Origin: Sphingobacteriales bacterium JAD_PAG50586_3
Lineage (GTDB): Bacteria > Bacteroidota > Bacteroidia > CAMBQF01
Reading direction: 5' to 3'
DNA length: 64,000 bases
Assembly (NCBI GenBank): GCA_023213195.1
Contig: CP096135.1
Span: forward strand, 558,548 to 622,547
Under the pieces are notes generated by a model. That model made no database searches, was not told where the DNA came from, and saw only the letters and a list, made by a program, of their open reading frames with translations. The position numbers and the translations under genes were made by a program. This document shows positions 9,424 to 18,109 of the stretch, piece after piece; positions within the stretch are counted from its first letter, which is position 1; each line of letters begins with the position of its first letter.

Positions 9424-10332
9424 TTGAATAATACAAAACATCTTATAGCAGTAGTTGGCCCAACAGCATCGGGCAAAACCGGCCTTGCCATACAAATGGC
9501 AAAGCATTACAACACAGCTATACTATCTGCCGATTCAAGGCAATTTTATACAGAACTTAACATTGGGGTGGCCCGTCCTTCAGCAGAAGAACTAAAGGCC
9601 GCCCCACATTATTTTATTGCCGACCGTAGCATACACAACCAACTAACCGCCGGGCAATACGAGAAAGAAGCATTGACCTTGTTGGATGATTTATTCAAGA
9701 TACACGATGTTGTTATTTTGTGTGGTGGCTCGGGCTTGTTTATTAATACCCTTATTTACGGTGCCGACCCTATGCCCGAAGCCGATGAGGCACTAAGGGC
9801 CAACCTGCAAAAGCAATACGAAGAGCGAGGAATAGGCTTTTTGCAGGCCGAATTGGAGCGTTTAGACCCCGTATACTACAACACGGTAGATAAGCAAAAC
9901 CCACTGCGTTTAATGCGTGCTGTAGAGGTTTGTTTGGTTACCGGGCAACCTTATTCTGCCCAGCGTAAAAACGAGAAGAAAGAGCGGCCCTTTAAAACCA
10001 CATTTATAGGCATAGATGTAGAGCGCGAATTGCTGTACCAAAACATAAATAACAGGGTTGATGCCATGATGCAAAATGGCCTGCTGGCCGAAGCGCATGC
10101 TGTATTCCACCTAAAGCATTTAAGCACCCTGCAAACAGTTGGCTACAGCGAACTCTTTAATTACTTTGATGGCCACGCCGATTTAGATACCGCCGTAGAC
10201 CTGATAAAACGCAACAGCCGCCGCTACGCCAAACGCCAACTAACCTGGTTTAGGCGAAACGAAGAGATACAGTGGTTTAAGCCAGAGCAAACAGAAAGCA
10301 TATTAAGTTACCTGAATGGCTATTTAGTTTAG
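9424..10332 (+). CDS. miaA: tRNA dimethylallyltransferase
   Basis: P-loop VVGPTASGKTGLAIQMAK and the MiaA fold motifs (ADSRQFY, ARPSAEEL, VDLIKRNSRRYAKRQLTWFRR). Confidence 0.9.
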   Translation: MNNTKHLIAVVGPTASGKTGLAIQMAKHYNTAILSADSRQFYTELNIGVARPSAEELKAAPHYFIADRSIHNQLTAGQYEKEALTLLDDLFKIHDVVILCGGSGLFINTLIYGADPMPEADEALRANLQKQYEERGIGFLQAELERLDPVYYNTVDKQNPLRLMRAVEVCLVTGQPYSAQRKNEKKERPFKTTFIGIDVERELLYQNINNRVDAMMQNGLLAEAHAVFHLKHLSTLQTVGYSELFNYFDGHADLDTAVDLIKRNSRRYAKRQLTWFRRNEEIQWFKPEQTESILSYLNGYLV

Positions 10333-10342
10333 GGTAAAGCAG

Positions 10343-11599
10343 TTAATGGTTATCCTCCTTGATTAATAAGTAGTTTGCAATCCATTGGAAAGCAACAAAC
10401 CCCAAAAAGAAGATTGCCGACATTGAGTTAATTATAATACCGGTAGAAAAAGTCTGCATAATTGCAATAATACCAACCACAGCAAGGGCTACAGCATAAA
10501 TTAATAATGCATATTGATTTTTTGAAGGACTAAACATCGTACCTAAAGGCAGCATCATTATAAAGCCGAATGCCGTAATTGTTAGCATTTTTTCGTCAGA
10601 TAAGGCAAGGTATAATACAAGCCCGGTAATGGATATGGCAGCGCTTAACGCTACAAAGTTCGAGCTCATTTTCTCTTTTTTATCCAACAGCAATTGCCCA
10701 TATTTATTAAACCTTAGAAATAAATTACTTATAGGCTCCATTATCCAGGTTGAAAAAGCAATGACGCCCAGTCCTATAATCAGAGGCATTAAATAAGGTT
10801 GAAGTGTTGGGTTGGTGCGGGCCAAGATTCTTAATGCCCTGAAACCAATGAAAAAACCAATTATAACGCCCCACTGATATTTAGCAGTCATGTTGCTCAT
10901 CCAAAAGGAATACTTCAGAAACATGCGGTAAACAGGGTTTGCTGCTTTTATTGCTTCAAGCATTCCCGCTTGGGCATAGTCAAAATTCGGGTCGTTTGCT
11001 AGGGCTTCTTTAAAATGTTCCAACGCTTTTTTATGGTCGCCTTTTTCAAGCAAACCCCACCCATAATTGGTGTGGGTATATGCGTTGTTGGGGTCGTTTC
11101 TTAATGCGCCTTCAATGGTTTCAAAAGATTCATCGGTTCTGTTTAACTTGTTTAATGCGCTGCTTCTTGTGTTAAGTGCCAGTATATTTTCAGCATCTAT
11201 TTCTAACGCTGTGTTTGCTGTTTCCAACGCCTCGCTATACTGCTTTCGCCCCAACCTGATATGTGCAAGCAATGCATAATAATCAGCATCGTAAGGGTCT
11301 AGTTCTATGGCCTGGCTGATAGAGTCTTGAGCTTCGTCCCATTGGTCTTGGTGAAGCGCAATGCGGGATTTAATATAAAACAAATGCGGTTCATCGGGCG
11401 ACAGCCCTATTGCATGGTTTATTATACTATGTGCGTTATCATATTTGTCTTGTTGAAAGTTGACCTCAGCAAGCAATGACAGAAAATGAATATTGTTGGA
11501 ATCGCCTGCCAGTAAGTCGGAAAGGATACTTTCCGCGTCAGCAAATTTTTTCTGTTGAATAAGAATTTCAACTTTAGATAGTCTGTGGTCTTCTGCCAT
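10343..11599 (-). CDS. TPR-repeat protein with a C-terminal 4-5 TM membrane domain
   Basis: About 220 aa of TPR units (AIELDPYDADYY, ALEIDAENILALNTRSSALNKL, ALRNDPNNAYTHTNYGW) followed by hydrophobic helices. Its start codon abuts the stop of the upstream AAA gene (11599/11601). Confidence 0.6.
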   Translation of the reverse strand: MAEDHRLSKVEILIQQKKFADAESILSDLLAGDSNNIHFLSLLAEVNFQQDKYDNAHSIINHAIGLSPDEPHLFYIKSRIALHQDQWDEAQDSISQAIELDPYDADYYALLAHIRLGRKQYSEALETANTALEIDAENILALNTRSSALNKLNRTDESFETIEGALRNDPNNAYTHTNYGWGLLEKGDHKKALEHFKEALANDPNFDYAQAGMLEAIKAANPVYRMFLKYSFWMSNMTAKYQWGVIIGFFIGFRALRILARTNPTLQPYLMPLIIGLGVIAFSTWIMEPISNLFLRFNKYGQLLLDKKEKMSSNFVALSAAISITGLVLYLALSDEKMLTITAFGFIMMLPLGTMFSPSKNQYALLIYAVALAVVGIIAIMQTFSTGIIINSMSAIFFLGFVAFQWIANYLLIKEDNH

Positions 11600-11600
11600 A

Positions 11601-12930
11601 TTACTTTTTAATTTTCATGTAAGTCAGAATGTCATCGTATAACCCTGAATTATTTGCAAATAGTGCAAAGTTCTTGGCTGTAGAAAACCACTCTTGTGTG
11701 CTTGGTTTATGTTTCTTTAAAGCATTGATTAAATCGCTTGTTTCAAGTGGCTTCGGAATGCCATCACTAAATGAAGATTCAAGCTTTTGCTCAATGGCTA
11801 TATCTATAATAGCATCAATATCAGCCCCCGAATAATTTTCAGCTTTCTTCGCAATGCTTTGTATATCAATTATTCCTGTGGGTTTGTTGTTGAGTTTTAA
11901 TTGAAGTATCGACTCTCTTGTTGTTACATCAGGTGGAGGAACAAACACAATTCTATCAAACCTTCCCGGCCTCCTAAATGCAGGGTCTAAATTCCACGGT
12001 GTGTTGGTGGCACCAATTATTAAAACGCCATCGTTTGTATTATCAATTCCATCAAGTTCTTGTAAAAATTGATTTATAAGGTGCCTGCCGCTTGATTGTT
12101 TCATGTCGCTTCTACTAGCGCCTAAAGCATCAATTTCATCAATAAATAAAACGCATGGCGTATTGTTTCTTGCCAATTCAAATATCTCGTGCAGGTTTTT
12201 TCGCTGTTCCCTACCCACATATCTAAAATATCATTCAGGCTAACGCTTATAAATTTTGCATTTACTTGCCCTGCTGTTGCTTTAGCAATAAATGTTTTAC
12301 CGCAGCCCGGTGGCCCATAAAGCAAAATACCACCGCCAATTTTTTGCCGTAGGCTTTGTAAAGTTCAGGGTGAAGCAGGGGTTTAATAATTTTTAATTCA
12401 ATTTCCTTTTTTACCGCATCCATTCCACCTACATCACTAAAATTGATAGTTGGTTTTTGCAAAAAGCGGTTATCGGTTTCTTCTTCTGTTTCTGTAACCT
12501 TATTGCTACCTCTTTGGCGCAATTGGCTGTCCAGTTCTTCATCAAAGTAACTTTTGTCAATAGCCAAAGCTTTTTTGTAAGCCTCAATGGCTTTAGGTAT
12601 TGAATTTTCTTTTAAAAGGCCCTTTGCATAAAGTGTATAAACACTTATTTCATTTGTCCCCTTTTCAATTACTTCTTCTAAAACAACATTGCAGGCCGAG
12701 TAACTACCCTTTTTAAAAAATACAGTAGCAAGCCCCACTTTAGCTTTAGTAATATTAGATATTTTAAGAAGAGTTGAATATGCTGTTTCAGCTTCTTCAA
12801 GCCTGTTCAAAGACAATAACGTATCTGCCAGTAAAAGACGTAAAGGTGTATTATCGGGCGAGTGTTTTAATGCCTCGCGTAAGCTCTCTATGGTAATGTC
12901 GTTCATGTTTTGCAATTTAGTGGCAATCAA
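11601..12930 (-). CDS. TPR-domain AAA+ ATPase (CDC48/FtsH-like ATPase module), split in 3 ORF fragments by two shifts
   Basis: The fragments 12930..12262 (TPR plus FSDVGGMDAVKKEIELKIIKPL), 12325..12122 (Walker A LYGPPGCGKTF) and 12218..11601 (Walker B VLFIDEIDAL, sensor and arginine finger FRRPGRFDRIVFVPPPD) form one protein of about 440 aa. Confidence 0.65.
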
Positions 12931-12996
12931 TAACTGCTAATATAAATAGAATGTTATTCTTGACAAAGGGGTATGTGGGGTTGTATCTTTGTATAA

Positions 12997-13115
12997 ATCC
13001 CGACGATAAATGTCGGGACAAGCCTAAAAACTACTTATTATGCCGCAAAAATCCCTCGTCTTTTGACTATGTCAATCCCGATAGCTATCGGGACCACTCC
13101 CTTTAGAAAAGGGAG
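12997..13115. repeat. Cluster of three short perfect hairpins. Two belong to an ATCCCGA..TCGGGAC palindromic element family.
   Basis: 12997..13019 is aTCCCGACgataaatGTCGGGAc. 13075..13095 is aaTCCCGAtagctaTCGGGAcc. 13097..13115 is CTCCCTTtagaaAAGGGAG. The location is the divergent intergenic region, so these are not terminators. Confidence 0.5.
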
Positions 13116-13167
13116 ACCTTAAAAAATGAAACTAAACTATGCCTGTAGAAAAGTGTATGAAATCAAG

Positions 13168-13339
13168 GTTCATTTTGCAATTTTTTCTTACAGCCCCATG
13201 GCTTAAATAAAGGTAAACTACTTGACAAAATGTAAAGAAATAGAATGTCAGGATTTATCGGCCGATTTAAGGATTGGAAATATAATTTGTCAAGTTCATT
13301 TTGTAAAAAATATTTACAGCCATATGGGCTAAACATGGG
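13168..13339. repeat. Direct repeat of about 46 nt, two copies 125 bp apart, each carrying a near-palindrome AGCCcCATGGCTT / AGCCATATGGGCT
   Basis: Copy 1 at 13168..13213 is gttcattttgcaattttttcttacagccccatggcttaaataaagg. Copy 2 at 13293..13339 is gttcattttgtaaaaaatatttacagccatatgggctaaacatggg. Both lie upstream of the DUF6029-like gene. Confidence 0.5.
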
Positions 13340-13482
13340 TGCGTTTTTTGGGAACTTGTCGGTTTTTTTAAGGTATAAGTGGAAATGTGGGCTTTGGCAA
13401 TTTGAAAACGAAAAATAAGCAACAACTAACTGTAAAACACTGAACTCCTTAACTATTATTATATTTGCAAAAAAGCTTAGCA

Positions 13483-15110
13483 TTGAAAAGAATACTATCC
13501 GCGTTGTTTTGCCTGCTAACGTTAGCACTTAGCGCCCAGCAAGACACTACAAAAAAAGGCTTAGACTTAGGCCAGATACATGGCAACTTCCAGGCCGATT
13601 TTCAATACTACAATACCGATACCCTTATTGGCGCTCCTGTAGTGCCGGAGAAGATTCGCTCTAACGGGTTTATGAACCTTATATACACCCGCGGCAACTT
13701 TACAGCAGGCGTGCGTTTTGAGAGTTACTTAAACGTTTTGCAGGGCTTTGACCCTCGCTATAAAGGTACCGGCATTGCCAACCGCTTTGCCTCTTATATT
13801 TATGATGGGCTGGAGATTACCGCAGGCAATTTTTATGAGCAGTTTGGCACCGGCATGGTGCTGCGCGCCTACTGGGAACCTAACCTGGGCGTTGATAATT
13901 CTTTTGATGGGGTGCGTGTTAAATTTACCCCCACACCTTGGCATATACACTAAGCTATTGGTGGCTAAGCAGCGTACCTTTTTTGATAAAGGCCCGGGCA
14001 TTGTGCGCGCCGGCGATGCCGAGGTTAATTTTAATGAGCTGATTAAAAAATGGGAAGACAAAAAATTCAGGCTAACCCTTGGGGGCAGCGCTGTTAGCAT
14101 TTACCAGCAAGACGAAGACCCTATTTACATTTTACCCGAAAACCAGGCTGCTTTTGGTGGCCGCATGAATATTGGCTACGGCAAGTTTAACCTGTACTCT
14201 GAGTACTCCTATAAAATGAATGCCCCATCGGCCACCAACGGGTTCATATATCGCCCCGGCTAAGGCGTTGTTGCTTAACGCATCGTACTCGCAAAAAGGC
14301 TTTAGCGTTTTGTTGGGGGTTAAAAGGTTAGATAATATGGATTATCGCTCAGACCGCACAGCTACGCTTACCAACCTTACCACTAATTTTTTACCTGCCC
14401 TTACGCGCCAGCATATATACAACTTAGCGGCTACTATTTACCCTTACGGCACGGTGCCCAATGGCGAAATGGCTTACCAGGGCGATATATCTTACAAAAT
14501 TAAAAAAGGCACATTGCTGGGCGGCAAATACGGTACAGATTTAACGTTGAACATTGCAGGGGTAAATGATATTGAACGTACTGCCGCCCCTAACGATACC
14601 TTTGGCTACGAGTCGAGGTTTTTTGATGTAAGCAAAACAGTTTTGTTCCGCGATATAAACCTTGAAATTTCGCATAAGTGGAATAAGGATTTTAAAACCA
14701 CACTTATGTATATGTACTTTGCGTATAACAAAGATATTGTGCAGTTTCAAAACTATGCCTCAAACTTTTACGGCATAGTGCGTGGTCATATTGTTGTGGC
14801 TGATATCAACTACAAATTCAGTAAAAAAGTAGGCCTGCATGCCGAGCTGCAAAACCTCTATACCAAGCAAGATTTGGGTAGTTGGGCTATGATATTGGCA
14901 GAGGTTTCTTTTGCCCCACACTGGTTTGTAGCCGTGCTAGACCAGTACAACTATGGAAACTACGATAAAACACAGCGTATACATTACGTAACAGGCTCTG
15001 TTGTTTATACCCGTGGTGCGCACCGCTTTGCTGCTACGTATGGCCGCCAGCGTGCCGGTATTTTCTGTGTGGGGGTGTTTGCCGTAACGTGCCTGCATCA
15101 AACGGCCTAA
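13483..15110 (+). CDS. DUF6029-like outer-membrane beta-barrel protein, split in 3 ORF fragments by two shifts
   Basis: Signal peptide KRILSALFCLLTLALSAQQ with a probable TTG start at 13483, just downstream of the TATATTTG -7 box at 13460..13467. The motifs GNFQADFQYY, VPEKIRSNGFMNLIYTRGNFTAGVRFESYLN and GNFYEQFGTGMVLRAYWEPNLGVDNSFDGVRVKF match the DUF6029 family. Fragments 13465..13953, 13748..14263 and 14220..15110 join. Confidence 0.6.
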
Positions 15111-15136
15111 CGCTATCGGTAAGCTCTAGCTTTTAA

Positions 15137-15505
15137 TTATAAACTAGGGGTTTCTCTAATCCAGTCTATAATAAGGGGTACAGCTGTAGGGCCTGTAAAA
15201 TATTCTTCCATATCATCATCGCCCTGCTTATAAAACTTAGAGTTGATAGTAGTTTTTGTTTCGGAATTAAACCGGCTAAAAGTCATTGCTTTAGACGTAA
15301 CAACAACATCGGTTATATTATACATTTCACCATCTTCAAGGCTCCATTGCTTTACCTGGTAGCGGTCGTAAACGTCTTTATATACCACCATAGATGTGTT
15401 GGTTTCAGGGTTTGTCCAATGCCCTAAAAACACATCGCCTGTATCTTGCCCCGCTACTTGGAGCGACAGTAATAAGCCTATTAATATGGATAGTATGGTT
15501 TTCAA
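15137..15505 (-). CDS. Hypothetical secreted/lipoprotein
   Basis: Signal peptide MKTILSILIGLLLSLQVAGQ. Overlaps the hldD start by 4 nt. Confidence 0.5.
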   Translation of the reverse strand: MKTILSILIGLLLSLQVAGQDTGDVFLGHWTNPETNTSMVVYKDVYDRYQVKQWSLEDGEMYNITDVVVTSKAMTFSRFNSETKTTINSKFYKQGDDDMEEYFTGPTAVPLIIDWIRETPSL

Positions 15506-16455
15506 TTTTCTAAATAATCTTGTACATATTCTCTTACACCATCTTCAAGCGTGGTAAATAGGGTGTTATATCCTATACCGTGTAGCTTTGCCATTGTTGC
15601 CTGTGTGTAGTATTGGTATTTATCCCTAATATCAACAGGGGTGTCTATAAATTCTATTTTAGGTTCAAGCCCTAAAGCCTCGTAAGTAGCGTTAGTTAGT
15701 GCGGTAAAGGTGCGGGCAACGCCTGTACCTAAATTGTAAATGCCGCTGTTTTTACGGTGTAGCATAAGCCAAAAGCATACGTTTACAACATCTTTAACAT
15801 ACACAAAATCGCGCAATTGGCCCCCGTCGGGGTAGTTGGGGTTGTGGCTGCGGAATAACTTTACAACACCATTTTTCTTTATTTGGTTGTAAGAATGGAA
15901 TATTACCGATGCCATGCGGCCTTTATGGCTTTCGCCGGGTCCATACACGTTAAAAAATTTAAGCCCTACCCAAAAATAAGGTTTCTCAGGTTGCTTTAGC
16001 GCCCATTTATCAAAGTTGTTCTTGCTCTCGCCGTAGGGGTTTAAGGGCACAAGTTTGGGTATTATATTTTCATCATCGGCATAGCCTAAATCGCCATTGC
16101 CATACGTGGCGGCAGACGATGCATAAACCAGCGGCAGGCCAAACTCCACACATAGTTTCCATACCTCTTTGGTATAGTCAAGGTTAAGCTTGTTAAACAC
16201 CTCTACATCAAACTCGGTAGTATCTGTGCGCGCACCAATGTGAAAAATAAACTGTACCAGCTTGTGGTTCTCTTTCAGCCAATAAGAAAAATCATCACGG
16301 TGAACACGTTTGGTAATAATTTTATGTTCAAGGTTCGGGGCTTTGGCCGGGGTAGAAAAATCATCTACAGCTATAATATCATTATAGCCTTCATCATTCA
16401 ACTTACCAATTAAGTTGCTGCCAATAAAACCTGCTGCGCCCGTAACAATTATCAT
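15502..16455 (-). CDS. hldD: ADP-L-glycero-D-manno-heptose 6-epimerase
   Basis: MIIVTGAAGFIGSNL Rossmann motif, YASSAATYG, YGESK, and the FFNVYGP.E.HKGRMASV motif typical of HldD/RfaD. Confidence 0.85.
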   Translation of the reverse strand: MIIVTGAAGFIGSNLIGKLNDEGYNDIIAVDDFSTPAKAPNLEHKIITKRVHRDDFSYWLKENHKLVQFIFHIGARTDTTEFDVEVFNKLNLDYTKEVWKLCVEFGLPLVYASSAATYGNGDLGYADDENIIPKLVPLNPYGESKNNFDKWALKQPEKPYFWVGLKFFNVYGPGESHKGRMASVIFHSYNQIKKNGVVKLFRSHNPNYPDGGQLRDFVYVKDVVNVCFWLMLHRKNSGIYNLGTGVARTFTALTNATYEALGLEPKIEFIDTPVDIRDKYQYYTQATMAKLHGIGYNTLFTTLEDGVREYVQDYLEN

Positions 16456-16571
16456 GTGGCAAATATATTCGTTTTGGTTATTAATTTTCTTCTTAAAACA
16501 ACGGTTTACAGGCTATTTCGACCAATGGTGAAAATACATCGATGTCTTGTAAGTAGAAAACAAAGAAACAC

Positions 16572-17399
16572 TTACATAAATAGTTGAAGGTTATTTTCCG
16601 GAATAATCCTGTTCATCTTACCAATTTCAAACAGGGTTTCTACAGCCTGTTTACCTTCCTCACCCAGGTTTATAGAGTATTTATTTACATACAGGTTTAT
16701 ATGCTGTTCTATAACGCTGTCTTCCATCTCTTGCGAGTGCTCTTTTACATAGCTGCGGCTGCTCTCAGGGTTAGCAAAGGCATACTCTATACTTTGGCGT
16801 ATTAGTGCATCCACCTTATGTTGTACATCGCTATCAATAGCACGCTTAATAAAAATGCCGCCCAGCGGAATTGGGGAATGGGTTTTAGTTTCCCATTCCT
16901 CGCCTAAATCAGTAACCTTAAATAAGCCTTTTTTCTGGTAGGTAAAACGGTTTTCGTGAATGATAAGCCCCATGTCTACACTTCCGTCTGCTACCGCGCC
17001 TTCAATGCCCGAAAATATCTTCTCTTCCTTGTTATTAGCCTTAGGGTAAAGTACGCCCAATAGAAAGTTGGCCGTTGTCATTTTACCGGGAATAGCAATG
17101 CGCGATGTTTCTATGTCTTCTTTTTGTAAAGGGCTGCGTGCAATAAGCATAGGCCCGCAATTGTTGCCCAACGCGCTGCCTGAGTTTAACAACACATAGT
17201 TTTGTATACAGTATGCGTATGCATGAAAGCTAAGCTTGGTAATATCCAACTTACCCTCCATAGCCCAACGGTTAAGTTGCTCCACATCGGCATACACCAC
17301 TTCAAAATCAATGCCTTGGGTATCAATTTTCTTGTTAACCAAAGCATCAAAAATAAACGTGTCGTTTGGGCATGGCGAAAAGCCAAGTGTTAACTTCAT
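16572..17399 (-). CDS. mqnD: 1,4-dihydroxy-6-naphthoate synthase (futalosine pathway), MqnA/MqnD family
   Basis: The N-terminal LGFSPCPNDTFIFDALV motif is characteristic of the MqnD/MqnA periplasmic-binding-like fold. The gene is adjacent to mqnB. Confidence 0.7.
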   Translation of the reverse strand: MKLTLGFSPCPNDTFIFDALVNKKIDTQGIDFEVVYADVEQLNRWAMEGKLDITKLSFHAYAYCIQNYVLLNSGSALGNNCGPMLIARSPLQKEDIETSRIAIPGKMTTANFLLGVLYPKANNKEEKIFSGIEGAVADGSVDMGLIIHENRFTYQKKGLFKVTDLGEEWETKTHSPIPLGGIFIKRAIDSDVQHKVDALIRQSIEYAFANPESSRSYVKEHSQEMEDSVIEQHINLYVNKYSINLGEEGKQAVETLFEIGKMNRIIPENNLQLFM

Positions 17400-18010
17400 T
17401 TGAGTAGTGTAATTAAATACTCGTTCAAATTTTTAATAGCCAAACCCATTTGCCAATGCTCTTTATTGCGTGGCTCTACGTAGTTAGATGCTGCCCTTAT
17501 TTGCACATACTTAGCGTTTTCCATTTCGCATACATACGCAAAGGCCGCACCTTCCATACTCTCGGTAACTGGTTTGTACTTTTCAAGTAACATATCAACC
17601 CCTTGTTGGTTCCCGGTAACGGTATTTACCGTAATACCTACTACTTCTTCAAGGTTGCCAAAGGGGGCATGACTAAAGTTGATGATTAGTCCATCGGTAA
17701 AAGGCTTTTCATTCTTATCAATAAGCCCAAGCCCAAAAGCATCAATAAATTTACCATTATCATCGGCCCCTAAATCGGCAAAGGCATCAACAGAAATATT
17801 AAACAGCGTGCCTAAATTGTGCTCCCTGCTAAAGCACCCGCAAACTCCTGCGTTTATTATAAAATCGTAATGGTTTGCAGCCAAGTGTTTGCCCAACTTA
17901 TAGGCGGTGTTTACCATGCCCACACCCGTTACCAAAAACTCAACATTGGGCAGGGCTTCTTTAGCCTGCACAATCTCCATTTCGGTAGCTGCTACTACAA
18001 GGGTCTTCAT
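17396..18010 (-). CDS. mqnB: Futalosine hydrolase (PNP/MTAN family nucleosidase)
   Basis: VVAATEMEI...VTGVGMVNTAY and IINAGVCG motifs of the MTA/SAH-nucleosidase family. Its stop overlaps the mqnD start (ATGA). Confidence 0.75.
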   Translation of the reverse strand: MKTLVVAATEMEIVQAKEALPNVEFLVTGVGMVNTAYKLGKHLAANHYDFIINAGVCGCFSREHNLGTLFNISVDAFADLGADDNGKFIDAFGLGLIDKNEKPFTDGLIINFSHAPFGNLEEVVGITVNTVTGNQQGVDMLLEKYKPVTESMEGAAFAYVCEMENAKYVQIRAASNYVEPRNKEHWQMGLAIKNLNEYLITLLK

Positions 18011-18109
18011 TCTTTATCTTTTTATCTCTTAATTCAACCAACTTGGCCCTCAGGCCTCCCCACTCAGCACTTGTCTTAACAACTTAGCCACTCGCCCCTT
18101 TGCAACTAA

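Noticed and set aside
9188-9427. 79-aa ORF (MAVVKLLLLLL...)
   Set aside because: It is an alternative frame of the GAT/GAA-rich poly-acidic tail of 8656..9417 and therefore a frame artefact.
13163-13528. 121-aa minus-strand ORF in the AAA-TPR / DUF6029 intergenic region
   Set aside because: It lies entirely over the direct repeats and promoter boxes, has a low-complexity, Phe/Leu-rich translation and no start context. It is more likely non-coding.
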